Positions 1 through 8,945 of a DNA stretch of 64,000 bases are shown in pieces; position 1 is the stretch's first letter, and every line of letters begins with the position of its first letter. This stretch comes from Corallococcus sp. AB038B (lineage in GTDB: Bacteria > Myxococcota > Myxococcia > Myxococcales > Myxococcaceae): the NCBI RefSeq assembly GCF_003668955.1, contig NZ_RAWO01000002.1, positions 343,605 through 407,604 on the forward strand. The letters are read 5' to 3'. A program made the position numbers and the translations under genes. The notes under the pieces are model-generated. The model was not told the origin of the DNA. It saw only the letters and a program-made list of their open reading frames with translations, and did no database searches.

Positions 1-2
1 GG

Positions 3-2402
3 CTGCAGCTGGGGCCCGGGGAGATTCGCGCCTACGACTCGCTCTTCACGGCCATCGTGGGCGCGCCGTTCGTGCTGGAGCCGGACGCGGAGCTGTCCGC
101 CTCTCCCGCGCTGTTCGCTCAGGGCGCGGCCCCGCCGTTCCTGGAGGTGGGGCCACTGCCGTATCGGACGCCGGGGACTCCGGAGATTCCTCCGGTGTTG
201 CTCACTGGCGGCCTGCCGCCCCCGGAGACCGTGGACCTGCGGCTGGTTCCGGATGCTGCCATCTCGCGGGCGGCCGTGCCGGTTCCGGGCGATGGTCCTC
301 GCGACCCGCCGCCATTCATTGGCGCGTGGGCTCCGGACGTCGTGCCGGGCTGTGACGTGAGGGATCCGCAGCCGCGCCCGTGGCTCGCGGCCCCGGAGCG
401 TCCGGCGCCTGGCGCGCTGGTGGACTACCAGGCTCGCGATGCGCAGTCGTTGCTGGCGGTGATGCTGGAGCGGGCTCGCACGGTGATGTCGCCGTGGGAG
501 GACCGGGGGCCCGCGGACTTCACGACCATGTTGCTGGAGGCCGTGGCCGCGCAGCTGGACTCGCTGGCGTACCAGCAGGAGCGCGCGGTGGTGGAGGGCT
601 TCCTGGAGGAGGCCCGGTTGCGGCGCTCCGTGGAGGACCACGCGCGCGGACTGGATTACGTGCCGGATCCGGGGCTCTCCGCCACGGTGATGCTGCGGTT
701 CCGATTGGATCCGGAGGCGCTCGCGGCGTTGGTGAAGGCGCGGCTGGAGGAACTGAACCTGTCGGTACTTCCGCCCGGCACCACCGCGCTGGAGTTCCTC
801 ACCGGTGGCGGCGTGCTGGAGATTCCCGCTGAAACGCTGGTGGCGAATGTCTCCACGGACGAGCACTCGCTGGTGTTCGTCACTGAGTCGCCCCTGTCGT
901 ACTTCCCCCGGCTGGAGATCGTGACGCTCGCGGAGTCCGTGCAGTTGGGGGACACGGGCGCCACGCTCGCGGGTCTGTACCCGGAGCTGGAGCCCGGCCG
1001 TTGGCTGATCCTCTACCGGGGCCGCGGCGAGAGCGGGCACGTGGTGCGAGTGACCTCCGTGGCGCTCGCCACCGATACGACCTTTGTCGGGTGGGATCCC
1101 CGCAGGTTCGCGCCGGAGGTGTTCCTGGCGCCGGGAGACCCCGCACCCGGGCCTCGCGCGACGGTTCTGGGCAACGTGATACCCGCGCATCACGGACTAC
1201 CGGTGACGCCGCTTCCAGAGGGCTTCGAGGCGGACTCGGCGGAGCCCTTCGCGCGCAGCCTCGCGCAGTGGCGCGCGTTGCTGTCCCCGGTCGTGGACGG
1301 CAGCGAGGAGCGCGAGTTCGCCCTGCCGTTCCATCCAGTCAGCGTCCAGGCCTCCGGGTATCCACTGCCGGAGGAGACGTCGCGGCGCGGGACGCCCCAG
1401 CTCCAGGTGAGCGTGGAGGATGACCCCTGGACACTGGTGGACGACCTGTCCGTCCAGGGGCCGGGGGATGAGGTGTTCGTGCTGCGTGCGACCCCCACGG
1501 GTGGTGCCAGCCTGCGCTGGGGCGACGGCGTCAACGGCGCCTTGCTTCCGCCCCGGGAGACGGCGCTGGGACTGTCGCTGCGCGTGGGGCTGGGGACGGT
1601 GGCCAACGTGGGGGAGGGCGTGCTCACGCGGTTGCTCCAGGTGCCGTTGGATCCGCAGCGCTCCGCGTCCGCGGGCGAGCTGCTGGCCCAATCGATGGAC
1701 GACTTGCGCGCGTTGGTGCGCGTGGACAATCCGCTGCCCGCGGTGGAGGGACGCGACGCGGAGTCGCTCGACTCCATTCGCTACCGTGCGCCGGCGGGCG
1801 TGTCGCAGCCGCTGTCCGCCGTCACGGTCGACGACTATGTGCGGATGCTCCAGCAGCTGCCGGAGGTTGCGGGAGCTTCGGCGCGCGCCGTGGACCGGGA
1901 CCTGCGCACGGTCATCCGCGTGACGGTGTTGCTGCGCGACGAGGACACGCTCGACCGCGACGAGCTGCTGCGCCGATGGGCGGGGGTGCGCAGTCGCCTG
2001 GAGGAAATACGCCTGCTGGGCGTGGACGTGGAAGCGCTGCCGCCCAAATGGGTGCCGCTCGACTTGGACCTGGAGGTGGATGCCGCGCCGTATGCGCAGG
2101 CCGACCAGGTGCGCGGCGCGGTGGTGGGCGCCATCGCGGGGGACGGCGGCCTGTTGGATCCGGACCGCTCTGGCCTGAACGGCGACGTGCAGCTCGCGGA
2201 CCTGTACCAGGCGGTGCTGCGCGTCCCGGGCGTGACGGCGGTGCGGGTGAAGCGCTTCCGCCGGCTGGAGCCTCAAGCGCAGGAGCGGCTGGAGGCGGGC
2301 GTCATTCCCATTGGACCCGACGAGGTGGCCACTGCTCGGGGTGGTTACTGGCCGGGGTCTGAAGGCGTCCTCACCGTGCAGGTGTGCGGAGGACTGCGAT
2401 GA
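3..2402 (+). CDS. Baseplate J-like protein (phage gp6/gpJ, eCIS Afp11/Pvc11-like); 5' end outside the window
   Basis: The reading frame is open back to base 3, so the gene is 5'-truncated. The motif ...DFTTMLLEAVAAQLDSLAYQQERAVVEGFLEEARLRRSVEDHARGLDY... matches the conserved baseplate-J signature. ORF length is right for the family. The stop overlaps the next start (ATGA at 2399-2402). Confidence 0.7.
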   Translation: MQLGPGEIRAYDSLFTAIVGAPFVLEPDAELSASPALFAQGAAPPFLEVGPLPYRTPGTPEIPPVLLTGGLPPPETVDLRLVPDAAISRAAVPVPGDGPRDPPPFIGAWAPDVVPGCDVRDPQPRPWLAAPERPAPGALVDYQARDAQSLLAVMLERARTVMSPWEDRGPADFTTMLLEAVAAQLDSLAYQQERAVVEGFLEEARLRRSVEDHARGLDYVPDPGLSATVMLRFRLDPEALAALVKARLEELNLSVLPPGTTALEFLTGGGVLEIPAETLVANVSTDEHSLVFVTESPLSYFPRLEIVTLAESVQLGDTGATLAGLYPELEPGRWLILYRGRGESGHVVRVTSVALATDTTFVGWDPRRFAPEVFLAPGDPAPGPRATVLGNVIPAHHGLPVTPLPEGFEADSAEPFARSLAQWRALLSPVVDGSEEREFALPFHPVSVQASGYPLPEETSRRGTPQLQVSVEDDPWTLVDDLSVQGPGDEVFVLRATPTGGASLRWGDGVNGALLPPRETALGLSLRVGLGTVANVGEGVLTRLLQVPLDPQRSASAGELLAQSMDDLRALVRVDNPLPAVEGRDAESLDSIRYRAPAGVSQPLSAVTVDDYVRMLQQLPEVAGASARAVDRDLRTVIRVTVLLRDEDTLDRDELLRRWAGVRSRLEEIRLLGVDVEALPPKWVPLDLDLEVDAAPYAQADQVRGAVVGAIAGDGGLLDPDRSGLNGDVQLADLYQAVLRVPGVTAVRVKRFRRLEPQAQERLEAGVIPIGPDEVATARGGYWPGSEGVLTVQVCGGLR

Positions 2403-4921
2403 GCCGCGTTCCCTCCACGCACCAGGCGCTGACGCATGAGCAGCTCCGCACCCGGCTGGGCGAGTCGGCGCGCATCGTCTTCACCCGGCTGGACGAAGCG
2501 CCCACGTGGAATCCGCTCGCGTACGCGGCGCCCTCCTCGGTGGACCTGGGGCGGGGGCTGCTGGACAGCGTGGCGCTCGCGCTGCACGTGCTGTGGACGT
2601 ATCAGCAGGCGTGGGCGGAGGAGAGCTTCCTCGCCACCGCGCGGCTGGAGGACTCCGTCTCCAAGCTGCTCGGGCACATTGGTTATCGGCCGAGCCCGGG
2701 CACCGCGGCGGTGGGGCTCCAGCACTTCCGCTGCAAGGCGAACGTGCGCGGCACGCTGTCGCCGGGAACGGCGGTGAATTCAGCGGCGGAGGGGGAAGAG
2801 ACCGCCGCTGTGTTCGAGACGCTCGCGGCGCTGCGCCTGCTTCCGGAGCTCAACGAGCTGCGCGCGTTCCTGCCTCCTCTGGTTGGAGTGGGGACAGGAG
2901 CTGGAACCGGGACGGGGACGGAGACAGGTGGGGGAACGGGAACAGGTGGAAGCACGGGGACGGGTGGTGGGACCGGTGCGCCTTCCGGCGAGGCGGGTGA
3001 GCCCGGGGCTCCGGCCCCCACGGGCGGCATCTTCGGGCCCGGCTCGGTGGTCGCGGGGCTTCAGGATCGCATCGAGGTGCAGCGCCACGGCCCGTTGGAG
3101 GAACGGCAGGTGGCTCGAGCGAAGCAGGATGCTCGCAAGCTGGCGTCGTTGATGAAGACGTTGGACCTGGGCGGGGATGCGGCGTGCAAGAGCACTCTGG
3201 ACGCGCTCTGCGAACAACTGTGCGAGGCCCAGAAGGTCGTGGCGCAGGCGGTGCCTCCGCCCGGCCGTCCCGTGGGCGCGTTGTCCGAGTCGCAGGAGAT
3301 CCTCGCCCGCCAGCTCCGCAACTTGCAGAAGCGGCAGGCGGACGCACTGGCCGCGTTGGAGGAGGCGCTGGCCCCGTGCGCGGACGAGGACCCGACCGTG
3401 CACGCGGTCCGGTTGGACAAGATGGTCACGTTCCTGGATGCCTTCGTGAACAGCCTCATCCAGGAGGCGCGGGATCAACTCGTCATCCTCAAGGGCAGTG
3501 AGGCGCTGAACCGGGCGGACCAGGCCTTCGGCGCGGAGGCGGGAGTGGCCCGGCCGTTGGGCGTGGCGGCATCCGGAACGGACACGCTCTACCTGCTGCC
3601 ACTGACGGATGCTTCCGGGCTCACCTCTCAGGATCCGCCGGTGCGGCCAGGAGACTGGTTCGTGCTGGCCGAGGACGTGGAGCGCCTGGGCCCCGGAGGA
3701 GCGAAGGGCACGGAGCGGATCTACCGCGAAGCGCTGCGAGTGCTGCGGGTCCGCACGGAGGTTCCGCCCGGTCAGCGAACGCCGATGACGCAGGTGACGT
3801 TCCAGCCACCGCTGTCGCGCGCGTACGCGTTGGACGGCGTGGTGCTGCTGGGAAACAACACGCTCGTCAGCGAGGGCTCCACGGTGGAGGAGGTCGCCGT
3901 GCCCGCGCTGGATCTGCGCACGGTGTCACTGCTGCACGGGCCGGTGACCTGGTTGCGCGACCCGAGCCGCGCGGGAGGCCGCCGGCCGGAGGTATCCCTG
4001 ACGGTGGGGGGACTCGCGTGGCATCCGGTGGATTCGTTGTTGGACGCGGCGCCGGATGAGCTGGCCTTCGCGGTGGAGTCGCTGCCGGCCGGGGCCGCGC
4101 GGCTGCGCTTCGGAGAAGGGGACCACGGTTCTGCGTTGCCCCTGGGCGCGGAGGTGCGGGTCCGCTACCGCGTGGGCAGAGGGACGGGAGGCAACCGGGC
4201 CGCGCTGCGGCTGCTGGCGATGGCGAGCCCGCATCCCTGCGTGGAGAAGACGTTCAACCCGCTGCCGCTGGCCGGAGGAACGGATCCGGAGGCACCGGAG
4301 TTGGCGCGCGTGCGAGGGCCCGCCACGGTGGGCGCGATGGACCGCGCCGTGTCGCTCTCGGACGTGCAGGCGCTGACGTTGGTGTTCGACGGCGTGCACC
4401 GCGCGAACGTGTTCCGGGATGGCGTGCGCCGCCGTTCGTTGAAGGTGGTGGTGGCCGGGCCGGAAGGAGCAGCCCTGGGCGCAGCCGATCTGGAAGCACT
4501 CCACGCGCATCTGGCGGCACGGGTTGCGCCGAAGGTGGAGCTGAACCTGATCAATCGGCAGCGCGTGGAAGTGCGGCTGCGGGTGCTGCTGCGCGTGGTG
4601 AAGGGCGCGGATCCGGTCGCGGTGCTTCAAGAGACGCGCCTGCGGCTGGGCGTGGACCGCGACCCGGATCGTGAGCCTGGTCTGCTGGATCCGGATCGCG
4701 TGGAGCTGGGACAGGATCTGCAGCTGTCGGACGTGTACGGCGCGCTCGCGGAGATCACGGGCCTGCGCTCGGTGGTGGTGCAGCGGCTGCATCGCGAAGG
4801 CACGCCGCCAGCCCTCTTCGAGCGCATCGTCACCGCGCCCGGCGAGCTGCTCGCGTGGGCCCCGCCGTCCGGAGAAAGCGATGGCGTCGCGCTCACCTAC
4901 GAGGAGGCCCAGGACCTATGA
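2399..4921 (+). CDS. Second baseplate J-like paralog (gp6-like wedge protein) with an internal Gly/Thr-rich low-complexity linker
   Basis: The motif LLDSVALALHVLWTYQQAWAEESFLATARLEDSVSKLLGHIGYRPSPGTAAVGLQHF resembles the baseplate-J family core. The gene is ATGA-coupled to the upstream gene. The 845-aa product contains GTGAGTGTGTETGGGTGTGGSTGTGGGTGAPSGEAGEPGAP. The track start at 2384 is also possible. Confidence 0.6.
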   Translation: MSRVPSTHQALTHEQLRTRLGESARIVFTRLDEAPTWNPLAYAAPSSVDLGRGLLDSVALALHVLWTYQQAWAEESFLATARLEDSVSKLLGHIGYRPSPGTAAVGLQHFRCKANVRGTLSPGTAVNSAAEGEETAAVFETLAALRLLPELNELRAFLPPLVGVGTGAGTGTGTETGGGTGTGGSTGTGGGTGAPSGEAGEPGAPAPTGGIFGPGSVVAGLQDRIEVQRHGPLEERQVARAKQDARKLASLMKTLDLGGDAACKSTLDALCEQLCEAQKVVAQAVPPPGRPVGALSESQEILARQLRNLQKRQADALAALEEALAPCADEDPTVHAVRLDKMVTFLDAFVNSLIQEARDQLVILKGSEALNRADQAFGAEAGVARPLGVAASGTDTLYLLPLTDASGLTSQDPPVRPGDWFVLAEDVERLGPGGAKGTERIYREALRVLRVRTEVPPGQRTPMTQVTFQPPLSRAYALDGVVLLGNNTLVSEGSTVEEVAVPALDLRTVSLLHGPVTWLRDPSRAGGRRPEVSLTVGGLAWHPVDSLLDAAPDELAFAVESLPAGAARLRFGEGDHGSALPLGAEVRVRYRVGRGTGGNRAALRLLAMASPHPCVEKTFNPLPLAGGTDPEAPELARVRGPATVGAMDRAVSLSDVQALTLVFDGVHRANVFRDGVRRRSLKVVVAGPEGAALGAADLEALHAHLAARVAPKVELNLINRQRVEVRLRVLLRVVKGADPVAVLQETRLRLGVDRDPDREPGLLDPDRVELGQDLQLSDVYGALAEITGLRSVVVQRLHREGTPPALFERIVTAPGELLAWAPPSGESDGVALTYEEAQDL
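2880..3010 (+). repeat. Coding (GGN-ACN)n microsatellite producing a Gly-Thr-rich linker inside the second baseplate-J paralog
   Basis: Direct reading of ggagtggggacaggagctggaaccgggacggggacggagacaggtgggggaacgggaacaggtggaagcacggggacgggtggtgggacc. Confidence 0.7.
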
Positions 4922-5014
4922 GCCCCGCCTCGACGCGCCCGACCGGCCCCCGCCCCACGTCTGCGGACATGGGGTCAGTCTCCGTGGCTGAGAAAGAGGG
5001 AACCCTGCGGGGAC

Positions 5015-5225
5015 TCCCGGCTGCGGCGCACCGCATGAACCTGTCCGACAGCCGGACAGGATTGAAGGACCCAGGTCGGGGACCTCAGCGCCCGCCGAGC
5101 TGCGGAAACCTGTCCGACAGTCGGACAGGTTTTGAGGACGCAGGCGGGGGACCTCTGCTCCTGCCGAGCTGCGGAAACCTGTCCGACAGTCGGACAGGTT
5201 GGGACCGTGTCGGGCGGAAGGTGCA
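5015..5225. repeat. Tandem array of three ~69-bp repeats, each centred on a CCTGTCCGACAG(T/C)CGGACAGG palindrome, in a 382-bp gap inside the baseplate operon
   Basis: The palindromes sit at about 5040-5060, 5106-5132 and 5175-5200, with a 69-bp period. Copies 2 and 3 extend to AAACCTGTCCGACAGTCGGACAGGTTT, a perfect 12-bp stem with a 3-nt loop. The flanks are also similar (gagctgcggaaa before, and g(a/g)ggac...gggacct after). No CDS in this gap has plausible codon usage. Confidence 0.8.
5106..5138 (+). terminator. Candidate intra-operon attenuator/terminator hairpin (palindrome copy 2 followed by TTTT)
   Basis: AAACCTGTCCGACAGTCGGACAGGTTTTGAGG has a 12-bp stem, a 3-nt loop and a short T run. 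It lies between the stop of gene 2 (4921) and the start of gene 3 (5304). Confidence 0.3.
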
Positions 5226-5303
5226 CGGCATTGATGTTCGGGCGCTTGGTGCGGCGCGTTACAGCGTGGCCGCGACGCTTCCGGTCGTGGAGGGGCAGGC
5301 CCC

Positions 5304-8300
5304 ATGAGCCCTCCTTCTCAGCGGCTGATCCAGCTCCTTCCGGGGCTCTACCCGGCGCGGGACTCCACGCTCGCGGATCAGCCGCTCCTCAAGCTGCTCG
5401 CCGTGCTGGGCATGGAGCTGGATGCGTTCGCGCGCGCAGTGGATCAACTCTGGGATGATCATTTCGTGGAGCGTGCAGGCCCGCAGGCGCTGCCGTTGCT
5501 CGCGGAGTTGATGGGCGCACGGCTGATCACCGACAACCCTCGCGTGCAGCGCGGAGTGGTGGCTCGCGCGGTGGCGTGGCGACGACGGAAGGGCACGCTC
5601 GCGTCGCTGGAGGAGGTGCTCTCCGTCACCAGCCTCTGGGACGCGGAAGTGGACGAGTCCTTCCGTTCGCTGCTGGAGACCCAGGACCTCAACGACCTGC
5701 TGCCCTGGCGCGGCCGCAGCGCGGTGATGTGGGATCCCATCGGCCTCGCGGATCCGCTCACCCGCCGCTCGCCTGGCATCGAGCGTCCCCGCGACGGTGT
5801 CCCGGAGCGTGGCCTCTTCATTGGCGTCGCGCCCGGCGAGACGCTGGACCAGGCTTTGCGCCGACTGGGGAGCGCGGACGCAGGCCGTGTTGCCGCGACT
5901 CCGCGCACGCTGGACCTGCTGGGCTGGGCACGTCCGGATGTCGCCCTCATCCGCACCGCGCGCCTGACGCCCGTGGAGTTGGAGGAAGTCACCCCGGCCA
6001 CCGTGCTCACGCTGCCCAACGGCTACCGGGGCTTTCGCGTGGATCCACTCGACCGCGATGCTCCCCTGGTGTGGCTCAAGCCCCTGGAGCGCGCGGACCT
6101 CACGGGAGGCCTCACCGCTCGCCATGAGCCCGCGCCTCCGTCGCTCGTCACGGGACGCACGGCGGCGATGCTGCTCACCCCTACCTCGCTGGCCGAGGAC
6201 GCCGACGCCGCTGAACGCGCGGATGCCATCACCGTCTCCGTCGACGGCATTCCGCTGGTGGGACCGGAAGCCCTGCCACTCCTGCGCGGGCCGCTGCCCA
6301 CCGCGCCCGTGGGGCCCTCGCCCACGCTGCGCTTCGCGGACCGGGGCAGGCCTTCGCCCGGAGACACATGGCGACTGACGCTGCTGGCCGCGCGTGAGAA
6401 CTCGGACACGGTGCTCCTGTCCACCGAGCTTGTGGCGGACGCACTGAATGCCGTCACCGTCACGCCGGAAGCGAACCAGCTCCTGGGTGGCACCACGGCG
6501 GCGTTGCTCGTTGAACGGGTGAGCGGTGATCCGCGCCTGCGCGACGCGGACGGCACGTGGCGCACCCTCACCGTGGGGCTTCGCCAGGGGCCTCCTCGCA
6601 GCAACGCCATCCGCGTGGATCTGGCCGGTGCGCCGTGGGTCGCTCGCATCGAGCAACACCTCGCGGATGGCAGCCTGCGCCTTGCCCGCTTCGACGCGAG
6701 CGCTGACGGCGCGCCCTGGCAGGTGACGGAGCTCATCGGCGCGTTGCCTCCAGACGGTCCAGGCATGTCCCTGGCCATTGCTGGTGACTCACTGTTGCTG
6801 GTGGCGCCGGACGGCACGGGGAAGCTGGGCGTGTGGTCGGTGACGGGCCTGGACACCGCGACTCCGACGGGGACGCGGTTGGACACCGCGAGCCCACGGC
6901 AGCCCTCGGCGCGACTGGCTCCCAGCCTGTGCGTGCGCGGCGGCCGGCTCTTCGTCTTCGGCGGTGACCTGGGCGGCGCGCCCACTGGAGACCTCTGGTC
7001 GCTGCCGGTCACGGGCGGACCGTGGCGGCCCCATGCAGTGCGCAACCGCCAGGAGCGCAAGGCCGCGACGCTGCTGAGCACGGCGCAAGGACTGATGCTC
7101 GTGGGCGGCGAGGCCGTGACGGGAGAACTGGCCGTGCCGGTGATGCTCTGTGACCCGGCCTCCGCGAGCCCTGTCTGGCGCCCCCTGGCCCCACTGCCCA
7201 TCACCGCGAACCTGCCAGGCACGCTCGTGGCAACCACCACCGCCGACGGCGTGGAGGCGCTCGTCTGGGCGGACACGACGCGTCCTCAACGGATGACGCT
7301 GAAGGCAGGCGAGGATGCCTGGGTCGCCGGACTGCTGGAGGCCTCGGGCACGAACCCGCCGGTTCCGGGCGAAGCGCTCTACGTCGATGGGCGCGTGCTC
7401 CTCACGGATCCGGCGCCGCTGCCCGCGTCGGAGATCGTCTTCTCACTGGGCGGTCGCGGCTACCTGGCCTTCCTGCCAGAGCTGGCCCTGCTCCCGGATG
7501 AACTCCTGCGCTTCAACGTCGCCAACGACGGCGCCGCGTTCATCGAACCTCGCGAGGGCCAGCCGCTCCCGCTCGATTCCCGGCCCGGCGGTGCGTACCA
7601 CTCGAGGGATGCTTCCGTGGCCGGCGGTGCGCGGCGCTATTCGGTGCCCGGACGGCTGAGTCGCCACCCGTTCCAGCTGCGCCAGCGAAGCCTGGGCCCG
7701 TGGACGAAGCTCGCTCCGAGCATCGCCTCCGGCATCGTCGCGGTGGATCCACGCCTGGGCCGCGTCGTGATCCAGGACGACGCACCCGTGGGCCGTGTCA
7801 CCGTCTCCGCGCGGGTAGGGCGGGGCGCCTCATTGGGAGCGGGGCTGCTTCCTCCGGACCGCCGTCCGCCCGCCGCGTGGGCGGAGCCGGACTTCCCGTT
7901 CATCGATCCGCCGGACCGTCCTGGCGACCGCTCCGGCACCGGCCTTCCTGTCACCGCGTGGATCTCCCCGGAGCGCGCGGGCGGAGTGCTGGCGGCCGGA
8001 GGCCAGGAGCGGCCCATCGTCGCCACCGTCGCGGATGGACTCCAAGCCGGAGCACCTCCGGTGCTGGGCCTCATCGGTTCGCCGCGTCTTGCTCCGGAGC
8101 GTCTGTCACAGGGCCTGGACAACGGGCTGTCCCTCTTCGCCGCGGACACGGGCGCGGCGCCATGCATCGGCGCGGACGAGCACGGCCTCTCGCTGGCGCT
8201 CTACCCGGGCTTCGGAGGCAGCGCGGCCACGCGCGTGTGGCTCGCGGGCTTGTGGCTCGCGGGGCGGCTGGACCTGGTGCTCGCTCGGGGGCAGGCGGAT

Positions 8301-8945
8301 CTGCGCTGGTGCAACCTGGGCGCGCCCGGACAGGTGGGCGTGTGGATGCCGGGCGGTGGGCACCAGGACATCAGCGCGCGGCGTTCGCTGCCTCCCGCCG
8401 ACGTGGAGCTGCGCCTCTACGGCTGCATGGTGGGCGTCATCGAGCTGCCGCCCTGGGTGCACCTCATCGCCGCGGGCTGCACCTTCGACGCCGGAGACCG
8501 CGACGCCGTCGCCATCCGAGCGGCGGGCGCGACCGTGCGACTGCGGCACTGCACGGTGCTCGGGGCCACGGAAGCGGGTGTGCTGGAGGCTTCCTCCTGC
8601 GCCTTCGCGGGCGAGGTGCGCACGGACCGGCCGGACCTGGGCTGGCTGCGCTACAGCCTCTTCGCGCGCGGCGGACAGCCTCCGGTGTCGCACCAGTCGC
8701 GGGTGCACACCGTGTCCTTCCAGTCGAACCGCCAGACGGACCCGGGCTACCTCGTCCTGGGCGACAACAACGGCCCCGAAGCGCTCCACGCCTCCGAGCG
8801 CGGCGGAGTCCCCGGTGCCCACGACGAGCGCTCTGACCACGAGCGCGAACTCTCCGCGCGCACCGACGACAGCATGCCCATTGGCATCACGCCCTTCCAC
8901 GCCGACCGCAGCCAGGACGACCTCGTTCGGATGAGCCGACCATGA
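5304..8945 (+). CDS. Phage P2 gpI-like baseplate wedge protein (tail protein I family; eCIS Pvc12/Afp12-like) with a C-terminal Kelch-type beta-propeller extension
   Basis: The N-terminus LIQLLPGLYP...LLKLLAVLGMELDAFARAVDQLWDDHF...ALPLLAELMGAR...RRRKGTLASLEEVL matches the Tail_P2_I signature (LLP..., LW, LPxLA, KGT). Repeated Kelch-like blades are present (GGRLFVFGGDLGGAPTGDLWSL..., LMLVGGEAVTGEL...). The stop overlaps the next start (ATGA at 8942). Confidence 0.65.
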   Translation: MSPPSQRLIQLLPGLYPARDSTLADQPLLKLLAVLGMELDAFARAVDQLWDDHFVERAGPQALPLLAELMGARLITDNPRVQRGVVARAVAWRRRKGTLASLEEVLSVTSLWDAEVDESFRSLLETQDLNDLLPWRGRSAVMWDPIGLADPLTRRSPGIERPRDGVPERGLFIGVAPGETLDQALRRLGSADAGRVAATPRTLDLLGWARPDVALIRTARLTPVELEEVTPATVLTLPNGYRGFRVDPLDRDAPLVWLKPLERADLTGGLTARHEPAPPSLVTGRTAAMLLTPTSLAEDADAAERADAITVSVDGIPLVGPEALPLLRGPLPTAPVGPSPTLRFADRGRPSPGDTWRLTLLAARENSDTVLLSTELVADALNAVTVTPEANQLLGGTTAALLVERVSGDPRLRDADGTWRTLTVGLRQGPPRSNAIRVDLAGAPWVARIEQHLADGSLRLARFDASADGAPWQVTELIGALPPDGPGMSLAIAGDSLLLVAPDGTGKLGVWSVTGLDTATPTGTRLDTASPRQPSARLAPSLCVRGGRLFVFGGDLGGAPTGDLWSLPVTGGPWRPHAVRNRQERKAATLLSTAQGLMLVGGEAVTGELAVPVMLCDPASASPVWRPLAPLPITANLPGTLVATTTADGVEALVWADTTRPQRMTLKAGEDAWVAGLLEASGTNPPVPGEALYVDGRVLLTDPAPLPASEIVFSLGGRGYLAFLPELALLPDELLRFNVANDGAAFIEPREGQPLPLDSRPGGAYHSRDASVAGGARRYSVPGRLSRHPFQLRQRSLGPWTKLAPSIASGIVAVDPRLGRVVIQDDAPVGRVTVSARVGRGASLGAGLLPPDRRPPAAWAEPDFPFIDPPDRPGDRSGTGLPVTAWISPERAGGVLAAGGQERPIVATVADGLQAGAPPVLGLIGSPRLAPERLSQGLDNGLSLFAADTGAAPCIGADEHGLSLALYPGFGGSAATRVWLAGLWLAGRLDLVLARGQADLRWCNLGAPGQVGVWMPGGGHQDISARRSLPPADVELRLYGCMVGVIELPPWVHLIAAGCTFDAGDRDAVAIRAAGATVRLRHCTVLGATEAGVLEASSCAFAGEVRTDRPDLGWLRYSLFARGGQPPVSHQSRVHTVSFQSNRQTDPGYLVLGDNNGPEALHASERGGVPGAHDERSDHERELSARTDDSMPIGITPFHADRSQDDLVRMSRP

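Noticed and set aside
5015-5225. Possible CRISPR array
   Set aside because: Only three repeats. The spacer-like segments are homologous to each other and part of a 69-bp tandem unit. The repeats are perfect palindromes flanked by the same sequence. There are no cas genes in the window.
4855-5307. ORFs on both strands across the 4.9-5.3 kb gap with NLSDSRTG / NLSDCRTGF peptide repeats
   Set aside because: The peptide repeat is the translation of the palindromic DNA repeat, readable on both strands. There is no coding bias, so the region is treated as non-coding repeat DNA.
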